A stretch of DNA of 64,000 bases from an uncultured Thermoleophilaceae bacterium (lineage in GTDB: Bacteria > Actinomycetota > Thermoleophilia > Solirubrobacterales > Thermoleophilaceae): contig CAWJXU010000002.1 in NCBI GenBank assembly GCA_963846865.1, positions 33,527-97,526 of the forward strand. Direction: 5' to 3'. Numbering within the stretch: the first letter of the stretch is position 1; every line of letters begins with the position of its first letter. Positions 39,142 through 47,404 of this stretch are shown here, one piece after another. A model generated the notes under the pieces. That model worked only from the letters and a program-made list of their open reading frames with translations. It had not been told where the DNA came from and searched no databases. A program made the translations under genes and the position numbers.

Positions 39142-40024
39142 GGTCGGGGACGTGGAGCTCTGCTACGAGCCGTTCGGCGATCCGGGTCATCCCGCCGTGC
39201 TGCTCGTCATGGGGCTTGGTACCCAGATGATCGGCTGGCACGCGGATTTCTGCACCCAGCTAGCCGAACGCGGGTTCTACGTCATCCGCTACGACAACCG
39301 CGACGTCGGCCGCTCGACCCACTTGAGCGATCGCCCTGCGCCCACTCCGCGCGAGATTCTGACGCGCCGCATCCGGCGCCCGGCGTACCTGCTCGCCGAC
39401 ATGGCTGACGACGGCATGGCCCTCCTGACCGAGCTCGGGATCGAGCGCGCCCACATCGTCGGCGCGTCGATGGGCGGCATGATCGCCCAGACGATGGCGG
39501 CGAACCACCCGGACCGGGTGCTCTCGCTCGTCTCGATCATGTCGAGCACGGGCAGCCGCTGGTCGGGACAGCCCGCCCCGCGCATCCTGCCCGTGTTCCT
39601 GCAGAAGCCCGCGGCGAGCAAGGAGGACTACCAGGAGCGGATCGTGAAGCTCTTCGGCCTCGTCGGCTCACCGGCCTACGAGCGCGACGATGACGAGCTG
39701 CGCGAGCTGGCCGGGGTCAGCTGGGACCGCGGTATCGACCCGGCGGGCTTCGCGCGCCAGCTCGGCGCGATCATCGCAAGCGGCCACCGGGCGAAGGACC
39801 TGAAGCGGATAAAGGCCCCGACGCTCGTGATCCATGGCAAGGCCGACAAGCTGGTGCGCCCATCAGGCGGGCGTGCGACCGCGCGCGCGATACCGGGGGC
39901 CCGCCTCGACCTGATCGACGGCATGGGCCACGACCTGCCGCGCCAAGTCTGGTCGCGCATCCTCGACGGGATCGAGCAGACGGCCGAGAGGGCCGATCAG
40001 CCCGTCGCGCAGCCGGCCGGCTAA
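39122..40024 (+). CDS. Alpha/beta-fold hydrolase
   Basis: ..AVLLVMGLG.., nucleophile elbow GASMGG and ..GMGHDLP near the C-terminus. Confidence 0.7.
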   Translation: MDERFCKVGDVELCYEPFGDPGHPAVLLVMGLGTQMIGWHADFCTQLAERGFYVIRYDNRDVGRSTHLSDRPAPTPREILTRRIRRPAYLLADMADDGMALLTELGIERAHIVGASMGGMIAQTMAANHPDRVLSLVSIMSSTGSRWSGQPAPRILPVFLQKPAASKEDYQERIVKLFGLVGSPAYERDDDELRELAGVSWDRGIDPAGFARQLGAIIASGHRAKDLKRIKAPTLVIHGKADKLVRPSGGRATARAIPGARLDLIDGMGHDLPRQVWSRILDGIEQTAERADQPVAQPAG

Positions 40025-40729
40025 CCGACGCCGACGACCTGCTCGCAGCGGCGGACGCGGTCCTTCGAGTCGATAAACGCGCTGTCCTGGCCTTTGCCGC
40101 AGTCGATCCGGTCGCGCTTCCCGTCACGTGCCTCGATCGTGTCCTTGCCGCCGTTCCCGTTGACCCGGTCGCGACCGCCGCCACCGTCGAGCGTGTCATC
40201 GCCCGGGCCGCCCTTCAGCCTGTCGCGGCCGAGGAAGCCCTGGCCCGGTGTCGTTGTCTTTCCCGCCGCGTAGGGCATCGCGCTTCTCCGCGCCGAGCAT
40301 CTTGTCGTTGCCGGGACCACCGGTCTGGGTGGTGCCCAGGCTGATGTTCGTGGCCTCCTGGCAGTCCGGCTTCTCCATGCACTCGTTCGCGCGCAGGTCA
40401 TCGTCCCCGGCGCGGCCGTGAAGTCTGTCGCGGCCGACGTTGTCACAGATCCGGCCGAGCTCGCCGACGTCACAGTCGGCCCCGAACACCTTGTCGTTGC
40501 CGTCACCGCCCTTGATGACGTCGTTGTCGCCATTGCCGTTGAGCGTGTCGTCGCCGCTGAGGCCATTAATCTTGTCCTCGCCGCGGCCGCCTTCGATCTG
40601 GTCCGCCTGCGCGGTGCCGTTGATCGTGTTGGACTCATCGTCGCCCTCGATCTCCTCCGCGATCGCGAAGGCGCCCAGTCCGAGGACGAGGATGCCTGCC
40701 AGCGTCGCGATGCGGGAGCGCGACACCAT
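40021..40729 (-). pseudogene. RTX-type (hemolysin-type) Ca-binding repeat protein, one frameshift near 40255; last gene of copper operon 1
   Basis: The ATG at 40729 shares one base with the TGA of the propeller gene (TGATG). Signal/anchor, then ..GGRGEDKINGLSGDDTLNGNGDNDVIKGGDGNDKVFG.. and ..GGPGDDTLDGGGGRDRVNGNGGKD.. in a second frame. Confidence 0.6.
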
Positions 40730-42600
40730 CACCGGACCTGCAGCTCGCCCTTCATGTTCGGATGCGGGTCGCACAAGAACGCGTACGTACCGGGCTTGAG
40801 CTTCTCCACGCCTTCCACCGGCACCGTCTGTCCACCGTCGGTGAGCTCGCTACGGAACAAGCCGTCCGGGGATGAGACGTTGTGCTTCACGGCGTCGTAG
40901 TTCGTGTAGGAGACCTTCCCGCCCTGGCTGACCGTCACGGTCGGCGTCAAGTACCCGTAGCTCTGGGCGCCGGGGCCGGAGGCGATGGTGGCGTCGCTCG
41001 AGCCGGAGCCGCCGTCGTCCGGTGGCTCCTCGCCGCCTCCGCCGCCGCCTCCGCCTCCGTCGTCTCCGCCCGGGTCTCCAGTGGCCCCGCGCTTGAGCGC
41101 GAACAGCGTGCTCGCGCCCCCCGCTTGCGCCGTCGCGAACACCATGTGACGCGCGACCGAGACCCCGCTCGAGTTCCCCATGTCGTGCATCGTCTCCCCG
41201 GTGTCCCCCTGGAACGAATGCGAGAGCAGCTGCGAGCCGTCTGAGGCGTCGAACGCCTGGAGCGCGCCGACGGCGTCATTCAGGCTGTAGACGATCCCGT
41301 TCGCCACGGCCACGCCGTTGTAACGCATGCCGCCTGTCAGCGGCGTGGCCCACTGGACCGCGCCGGTGTCCTTGTTCAGCGAGTACAGGTTGCCGCCGGT
41401 GACGGCGACGTAGATCCCGTTCTTGTCCATAGCGCTCGAGCTGAGGTTGCAGCCGAAGCACGGAATCCCGATCGTGGCCTGCCAAGCCTCTTCCATGGTG
41501 TCTGTGTAGACCGCGGTGAACACCCCGGACTTCTGCAGGGCGCCCAACATCTGGCGCCCTTCGGAGTTGGTCCACAGATTCGGTGACGCAAGGAAGTTGA
41601 AGTCGAACTGCGCGCACGAGAAACGCCCGGCCGGCCACTGCACGTCGCTCTGACACGTGGGTGAGTCGATGTCCTGGGGAGCCGGATAGCTGTCCGAGGT
41701 GCCGCGATGGTGGGCCAAGATCTTTCCGAACTTCTTCGACTTGGGATTCGCGTTGATCTTGAGCAGCGAGTTGGTGATCGGATGCTGCTTCTCGCTGGCC
41801 GGGTTTCCGGTGCCCGCGAAGACCAGCATCTTCTTTACGTCGATCGCCGGCGTGTTGATGGTCGAGCCGCCGCGGTAGCCGGCCTTGTAGTCCTTCTTCG
41901 GGATGTTGTGGGTCTTGACCAGGATCTTGCCGCGCCCCTTGCGTGAGCCGTCCAAGATCACGAATCCGGGCCACGAGTGATCGCTCGACTCATCGCCCTT
42001 GAAGGCCTGGAAGATCATTCCCTTGAACGGCACGGGGCTCGAGTCGAGGCCGCCGCCCTCATCCTTGTCGACCACGCGCCTCCAGACGACCTTTCCGGTG
42101 CGCCGGTCGAGCGCCGAGAGCACAGAACCCTTGGGCGTGGTAGCGCCGACGTAGACGAGCTTGCCGACCACCGCGGGCGCGCCGACGACTCCGGCGCCCT
42201 CTGCAATGTTGCTGCCTTCGCTCTTGCCCACCGACCGCTTCCACACCACCTTGCCGGTGTTGACGTTCAGCGCATAGACGTTGCCGAGCTCGGTCCCAAT
42301 GAACACGCAGCCCTTGGCCACGGTCGGTGTCGAGTGGATCAGGCTTCCGTCCGGTGTGGTCGTCTGCCAGGCGACGCCGAGCTCGGAGACGTTGCCGGTG
42401 TCGATCGACTTCTCCTTGAGCTGCTCGCGGTGGTTGTTGAGAGTGCCGCCGTAGAACGGCCACTCGCCCGCGCGCGGCTTGGGCTTTGCGCACTTCGCGC
42501 GCTTCTCAGGCTTTGCCGGGGCCGCCGGCCCTGGCGCAGCAAGCGCGAGGGCCGCAATCGCCATCGTCGCGAGCACGACGAACCGCTTCACGGCGACCAC
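40729..42600 (-). CDS. Secreted PQQ-like beta-propeller repeat protein fused to a C-terminal amicyanin-like cupredoxin (copy 1)
   Basis: Signal peptide. Repeated ..G.VYALN..TGKVVW.. blade motifs. A poly-Gly linker (GGGGGGGGG). Then ..VKHNV..YAFLCDPHPNMKGELQVR (His, Cys-x2-His-x2-Met). Confidence 0.7.
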   Translation of the reverse strand: MVAVKRFVVLATMAIAALALAAPGPAAPAKPEKRAKCAKPKPRAGEWPFYGGTLNNHREQLKEKSIDTGNVSELGVAWQTTTPDGSLIHSTPTVAKGCVFIGTELGNVYALNVNTGKVVWKRSVGKSEGSNIAEGAGVVGAPAVVGKLVYVGATTPKGSVLSALDRRTGKVVWRRVVDKDEGGGLDSSPVPFKGMIFQAFKGDESSDHSWPGFVILDGSRKGRGKILVKTHNIPKKDYKAGYRGGSTINTPAIDVKKMLVFAGTGNPASEKQHPITNSLLKINANPKSKKFGKILAHHRGTSDSYPAPQDIDSPTCQSDVQWPAGRFSCAQFDFNFLASPNLWTNSEGRQMLGALQKSGVFTAVYTDTMEEAWQATIGIPCFGCNLSSSAMDKNGIYVAVTGGNLYSLNKDTGAVQWATPLTGGMRYNGVAVANGIVYSLNDAVGALQAFDASDGSQLLSHSFQGDTGETMHDMGNSSGVSVARHMVFATAQAGGASTLFALKRGATGDPGGDDGGGGGGGGGEEPPDDGGSGSSDATIASGPGAQSYGYLTPTVTVSQGGKVSYTNYDAVKHNVSSPDGLFRSELTDGGQTVPVEGVEKLKPGTYAFLCDPHPNMKGELQVR

Positions 42601-44330
42601 GGCCCCTCGGTGATCGACTTCCAGACCTCGCGCCGCGTACGCGCGCCCGGCGAGAGGTTCGACGCGAATGGCCGCGTCTCCATCAGGTGGTTGTCGGCGC
42701 GCGTGAGCGTGTACTCGTCGTCACGCAGCGCGTTCACCTGGTCGCAGCTGATCGCGTGCCGCTTCTTGTCCGCGTCCACGTTGTACGGCTTCGCGACGTT
42801 GCGACCGAGGATCCCGTTGCGGATCGTGCGCGCCGGGTTGGGCGCGGGCCGTGTGGGATCCTCGACGTCGCCGTCGAGCCCGTACGGCAGCCCGTAGAGC
42901 TCCTTGCCCTTCTCGGTGAACTCGAACCGGCGCAGCGAGACGATCTCCGGCTGCGGCGAGCCGTACCAGAGGCTGTCGGTTCCCCAAACGACGCGCTTCG
43001 GCCCTACGTGGTTGATCAGCTTGCCGAGCAGGTGCGCGGCCTGGTCAGGGTCGCTCATCGTGTCGCGCCAGACCGAGCCGAGCTCGGCGTACACGTTCGG
43101 CACGTTGCCGAACTTCTCGCCCCTCTTGCGGAACCGCGATGCGTCGTAGTTGTTCTCGCGAAGCGACTTGATGAAGCCGTCGACCGTCGTGGTCCCCGAA
43201 TCGGCCTCGGCGTCGCCGCGGTAGGCCTTCTGCTCGTCGCCCGTGTCGTAGCCCGAGTGGTAGACGATGATGTTCACGCCGGGGTGGGCCTTCGCCGCCG
43301 GGCCGACGTCGCGCGGCGCCGCGGCGCGCTGGTCGAAACCGGGCAGGGCGAAGCCCTTGTGCGTCGCGACCGTCGGGTTGATCTCCGGGTACTTCTCGGA
43401 GACGGCCTGGACCTGCTCGAGGAAGCGCGCGCCGGTATTGGAGTCGAGGAACCACCCGCTCGCGTTCGGCACGTCGCCCCAGGCGCAGTAGGTCTTCCAT
43501 CCGCGCAGCCGGTCGCGGTACTTCTCGGCGCGCTCCATCATCAGCTGCATCTCTTCCTCGAGGTAGAGCGGGGGATCGACCGTCTGCTGGGAGTCGCCGC
43601 TCCCACCGCGGTTCGGCATGACGAACGCGTGCATCACCGAGCGCTGCGAGCGCGCGAGCTCGTTGACCACGTCGATCGTCTGCGACGCCTCCTCGATCGG
43701 CAGCGGGTTGCGCGTGTCGGGCGAGGTCGGGACGACCGAAAGCACCGTGCACGTGGTCGCCGAGTCGAGGTAGATCTCCTTCAGGTAGTGGTAGCGGGAG
43801 AGGTTCTCGATCGGGTCCGCCTCGCCACCCTCTCGGGTTTGCGGCCATACCGCCGAGAAGAACGCGTGGATCGCCGGGTTCGTCGTACGCCACATCCCGT
43901 CCGGGTCGACATGGTGCGACTGCACGTCGAAGACGAACTCGCCGGGCAGGTTGCGGACGGTCTCGAGCCCCTTGCGGCCGGCCCACTCGAGATCGCATGC
44001 GTCAGGACGACCGGTCGAAACGCCCCGTGCGACTCCGCCGTAGTTCCCGTAGACGCCGGGTCGCACGGCGTCGATCGCCCAGAACCCGATCGCCAACGCC
44101 GCCGACGTGCGGACGAACTCACGGCGGCTCATGTTGAACTTGCGCCGCCAGCGCTCGACCTCTGCGTCCTGGAGAGCCATGATCGCCTTCTGCTCGCGCG
44201 ACGGCGGCAACGGGAAGTACTCGTCGTTGGAGCACGGCAGAACGTCGACCGCTACGTCCTCCGCCATCGTCTCCCACGCATCACGCGCGCTGGGCGAGCG
44301 AAGCGGCTGCCAGTTGCCCCAGTCCGCCAT
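42588..44330 (-). CDS. Tat-exported amidohydrolase-fold metallohydrolase with a 66-aa conserved pre-RR leader (copy 1)
   Basis: ..FNMSRREFVRTSAALAIG (twin-Arg motif at aa 68-73), ..FVFDVQSHHVD.., ..VATHKGFALPGFD.., ..VVWGTDSLWYG. The ATG immediately follows the TAA of the upstream gene. Confidence 0.65.
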   Translation of the reverse strand: MADWGNWQPLRSPSARDAWETMAEDVAVDVLPCSNDEYFPLPPSREQKAIMALQDAEVERWRRKFNMSRREFVRTSAALAIGFWAIDAVRPGVYGNYGGVARGVSTGRPDACDLEWAGRKGLETVRNLPGEFVFDVQSHHVDPDGMWRTTNPAIHAFFSAVWPQTREGGEADPIENLSRYHYLKEIYLDSATTCTVLSVVPTSPDTRNPLPIEEASQTIDVVNELARSQRSVMHAFVMPNRGGSGDSQQTVDPPLYLEEEMQLMMERAEKYRDRLRGWKTYCAWGDVPNASGWFLDSNTGARFLEQVQAVSEKYPEINPTVATHKGFALPGFDQRAAAPRDVGPAAKAHPGVNIIVYHSGYDTGDEQKAYRGDAEADSGTTTVDGFIKSLRENNYDASRFRKRGEKFGNVPNVYAELGSVWRDTMSDPDQAAHLLGKLINHVGPKRVVWGTDSLWYGSPQPEIVSLRRFEFTEKGKELYGLPYGLDGDVEDPTRPAPNPARTIRNGILGRNVAKPYNVDADKKRHAISCDQVNALRDDEYTLTRADNHLMETRPFASNLSPGARTRREVWKSITEGPWSP

Positions 44331-46115
44331 TTATTCAGCGACCTCGAAGGCGCCGCGCATGAACGGATGGATGCGGCAGAAGTACGTGACGACCTCGCCG
44401 GGCTTGTACCCCTCCTCCTTCGTCACGTCGAGCGACCAGTTCAGCTTGTTCGTGGCCGGCCCGATCGCCGGTGTGCCGAATCCGACCTCCGAGGAGTCGA
44501 AGTCGAGCTTGCGCTTCTTACTCGTGCGCCCGTCGGCAATCGGGAACGCCGCCCCCGTCGGGCCGAGGCACGGGAACTTGCACGAGGTGATCGTGTGCCA
44601 GATCGCGCCGCCCTCGAAGTTCGAGAAGTTGAGCGACTCGCCCAGCTTGACCGTGGGGATGCCCATCGACGTCCGGGTCGACAGGTCGCCCGGCACGTAC
44701 AGGAAGTCGGCGATGGCGACCTCGTTGCCCTCGCCGGAGCTCGTGGCCTCCCACTTCCCTTCCGCGTGGCCGCGGTTGGTGTTCTCGACCAGCTGCCCGT
44801 GCGTTACGGGGCCCTGCTCGCAGAGCACCGGGCGCTTCGCCTGGATGCCCGCCTTCTTCAGCCCGCCCTTCCGGTAGCAGTACCGGGATCGGTCGTGCTT
44901 GACCTTGAACGGGTTGACGCCCGGCGCTTGCCGCTTCCCGTTCTCGTCGTCGGGAACGAGCAGGCTGACCGCGATGCCCATGTTCTCGTAGGTCGACTGC
45001 AACTTGGTGTCGTAGGTCACGTTCGAGCGCAGCTTGTCGCCGGGCTTCACACGGACGCCCCAGAACGGATTCCCGACGACCGGCATCGAGAAGTCCCAGG
45101 AGTCCTTCGGACCGCCGCCCTTCTTCTTGTTCTTCCAGTAGACGGCCTTGCCCGTGTAGATCCGGCTCTTCTTCTTGCCGCGGACCAGGTCGATCTCGTT
45201 CTGGATCCCGCCCGGGTGCATGTGGCCGCCCATCCCGAGGATCGTCCCGCCGGTGAAGGGTCCCGCCCTGCCGAACGGCTCGCCCTTGGCGGGGAACTCC
45301 CAGTCTTCGCCCTTCCCGTTGCCGGGCTCGCCCTGGCCGACCTCCTTCTCACCCCAGGAGTTGAACGACGCGCACTGCTCCTTCGGCCACGTGCACATGC
45401 CGTCGCGGCCGCCGAAGCTTCGCTGGGTGTTGAAGACGGGGTAGCCCGACGGGCGCACGTCGAGCCACAGCGGGTACGCCGGCTTGATGCCGAGGTCGTC
45501 GCCCTTCGCCTTCGGGATGAAGTCGATGTCGTAGATGATGTAGGCCTCCATCGGCTGCGACACGGCCGAGTGGACCATGTACAGCAGCAGCCACGTATCC
45601 GTGCCCTGCACCGGCATTCCGTAGCCGCGCGGGAACGGCGCCACGGTCTTCTCCTCGCCAGAGGCGAAGAACGGGCCGCTGCCGTAATCGTCGGGTGCCG
45701 AGAGCCAGGTGCCGTGGTGGAGATGCACCTGCTCGACCGGCGGGACCGTGCCGTCGACGCGGACGAGGTTCGGGCGGAAGCGCGTGATGTAGCCGTCGAC
45801 CATCGGCTTCTCGATCGTCACCGGGTTGATCAGCACGTCGTTCTGCCCCGGCTTGACCGCGATCGGCCCGTAGGAGAAGCGCATGCGCTGGCACGCGCCG
45901 GGGTAGCGGACGTAGTCCGGCCCCTTCCAGCCCTCGGCCTTGTAGAACTGGCGCTCGAAGCGGTCTTTGCCCTCATACGCGCAGGGGCGCGGGAGCGCGT
46001 CGATCGCGAGCGGGTTCAACTCAGGCGTGGGCGCGCGATCGATCCTTTGCGCGGAAGCGCTCGACGGGACGATCAGCAGCACGACCAGAGCCAGCACTCC
46101 GACGAACTTCGACAT
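44331..46115 (-). CDS. Secreted PHM/DBH-like copper monooxygenase fused to a C-terminal amicyanin-like cupredoxin (copy 1)
   Basis: ATG 46115 follows GGAGG. Signal peptide MSKFVGVLALVVLLIVPSSASA. VHLHH (45714-45728), LLYMVHS, GGHMHPGG (45216-45224), VKPGDKL..YDT..STYENMG. C-terminus HTITSCKF..YFCRIHPFMRGAFEVAE. Confidence 0.6.
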   Translation of the reverse strand: MSKFVGVLALVVLLIVPSSASAQRIDRAPTPELNPLAIDALPRPCAYEGKDRFERQFYKAEGWKGPDYVRYPGACQRMRFSYGPIAVKPGQNDVLINPVTIEKPMVDGYITRFRPNLVRVDGTVPPVEQVHLHHGTWLSAPDDYGSGPFFASGEEKTVAPFPRGYGMPVQGTDTWLLLYMVHSAVSQPMEAYIIYDIDFIPKAKGDDLGIKPAYPLWLDVRPSGYPVFNTQRSFGGRDGMCTWPKEQCASFNSWGEKEVGQGEPGNGKGEDWEFPAKGEPFGRAGPFTGGTILGMGGHMHPGGIQNEIDLVRGKKKSRIYTGKAVYWKNKKKGGGPKDSWDFSMPVVGNPFWGVRVKPGDKLRSNVTYDTKLQSTYENMGIAVSLLVPDDENGKRQAPGVNPFKVKHDRSRYCYRKGGLKKAGIQAKRPVLCEQGPVTHGQLVENTNRGHAEGKWEATSSGEGNEVAIADFLYVPGDLSTRTSMGIPTVKLGESLNFSNFEGGAIWHTITSCKFPCLGPTGAAFPIADGRTSKKRKLDFDSSEVGFGTPAIGPATNKLNWSLDVTKEEGYKPGEVVTYFCRIHPFMRGAFEVAE

Positions 46116-46150
46116 CAGTCCTCCCCTACTAGGAAACAACCCCTTGCTTT

Positions 46151-46168
46151 TGGTACTGGTGCGTACCA
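46151..46168. promoter_or_regulatory. Palindrome TGGTAC-N6-GTACCA upstream of copper operon 1 (candidate TetR operator)
   Basis: tggtactggtgcgtacca lies 36 nt upstream of the 46115 start and is related to the palindromes at 46932 and 52923. Confidence 0.4.
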
Positions 46169-46232
46169 CCTGGTTACCCGGAGTAAACCACATCCGAGAC
46201 AACTAACGGTGCAGGTTGCGCCTACTTTCGCG

Positions 46233-46913
46233 CTAGCGCGAAACCGGCACTGGGGCGGCCGCGCCCTGGATCACGGCTGTGACGAGCTGGACCAGCACCG
46301 GGGCCAGCTCGGGAAGGGACTTCGCGTCCTTGGTGAGCAGGTGCTGCTGCACCAGCTCACCGATCCCACCTACCAGCGCGCGCAGGTAGACCACCGGCAC
46401 CTCGCCGATCTCCGGCTGCTGTTTCGCCGCGCGACGAGCGAGGACCACGTATTGCTGGACGAACTGCTCGTACACCTGCCGCCTCAGCTCGACGGCGGCC
46501 GGGCCGGCCCCCAGGACGTCCAGGAGGAACGTGCGCGCAAACGCGGGGTCGGAGGCGAGGCCTCCCACGTAGGTGTCGATCGCCACCTCGAGGACCTCGC
46601 GCCAGTGGGCGTCCTGGCCGACAGCAACCGACTCCTCGACCATGTTCTGGATCAGCGCTTCGGTGCCCGTCGCGTAGGCGGCGAGGAAGCATTCCTCCTT
46701 GTCCTTGAACTGCTCGTAGAAGGTGCGCCGCGAAACGCCGGCGATGCCGACCACGTCGCCGACGGTCACGCGCGAGTACCCCTTGTCCGCGACCGCGCGC
46801 GTGACCGCGTCGAGCATGCGCGCGCGCTGTGAGGCGGTGGTGGCTTGTTTTTGCCCGCGCCAGCCCTCGTCGGGCTCGAGTGCGCGGAAGAAGAGCGAGT
46901 CGGGAGGAGGCAT
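46233..46913 (-). CDS. TetR-family transcriptional regulator
   Basis: HTH ..YSRVTVGDVVGIAGVSRRTFYEQFKDKEECF... The internal ATG at 46913 is preferred. The longer ORF to 47009 would place the palindrome inside the coding sequence. Confidence 0.8.
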   Translation of the reverse strand: MPPPDSLFFRALEPDEGWRGQKQATTASQRARMLDAVTRAVADKGYSRVTVGDVVGIAGVSRRTFYEQFKDKEECFLAAYATGTEALIQNMVEESVAVGQDAHWREVLEVAIDTYVGGLASDPAFARTFLLDVLGAGPAAVELRRQVYEQFVQQYVVLARRAAKQQPEIGEVPVVYLRALVGGIGELVQQHLLTKDAKSLPELAPVLVQLVTAVIQGAAAPVPVSR

Positions 46914-46931
46914 GCGAGTACCTGCCGGTAG

Positions 46932-46951
46932 ATGGTACGTCCCCGTACCAT
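46932..46951. promoter_or_regulatory. Perfect 8+4+8 palindrome ATGGTACG-tccc-CGTACCAT upstream of tetR (candidate autoregulatory operator)
   Basis: Seen directly in the sequence, 19 nt upstream of the 46913 ATG. Confidence 0.45.
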
Positions 46952-47012
46952 AGCTACGTACCTCGACGACGCCCTCGCGCCGCGAGGACGCCGACCGGTC
47001 CGCCGCCATGAG

Positions 47013-47396
47013 CTAGGGCGTAACGCCCGAGTTCGCTTCGAAGCTGGCCACGCGCAGACCGTCGGCCAGGACATCGGCCTCGACGCGAACCTTCTCCCCA
47101 TCGGAGCGGACCACGATCGCCTCGGCACGCAGCGTCGCCACGTCTGTAGGAACGCGTGAATGGAAGTGCGCGCACAGGTCGAGCGTGGTCATGTCGGCGC
47201 TCCTGCCCTGATCGGGGACCGCCGTCGTCGCCGCGGCGTTCATCGCGGTCTCGGCGAACGCGACGAGCACGCCGTTTTCCACGAACCGCGCAGGCATCTC
47301 GTAGACGGCAACGCCCGCGGCGAACCGCACGAGTTCCATCTCCAGGTGCTCGGCCGCAGAGCTGACCGTGTTCTCGGACGTGTTGACGAATGACAT
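47013..47396 (-). CDS. Hotdog-fold (PaaI/4HBT-like) thioesterase-like protein
   Basis: ATG 47396 lies 8 nt after the propeller-2 stop, with GGAGG in between. The size (127 aa) and the ..NGVLVAFAETAMNAAATTA.. / ..LRAEAIVVRSDGEKVRVEADV.. pattern fit the fold. Confidence 0.45.
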   Translation of the reverse strand: MSFVNTSENTVSSAAEHLEMELVRFAAGVAVYEMPARFVENGVLVAFAETAMNAAATTAVPDQGRSADMTTLDLCAHFHSRVPTDVATLRAEAIVVRSDGEKVRVEADVLADGLRVASFEANSGVTP

Positions 47397-47404
47397 GTGC
47401 CCTC

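Noticed and set aside
42486-46832. A 1448-codon plus-strand ORF, with similar giants at 23603..26071 (+), 35192..37456 (-), 51066..52919 (+) and 37697..39241 (-).
   Set aside because: They lie antisense to well-supported genes and translate to Arg/Gly/Pro/Ala/Asp low-complexity strings without motifs. This is the usual stop-codon-poor antisense artefact of very GC-rich DNA.
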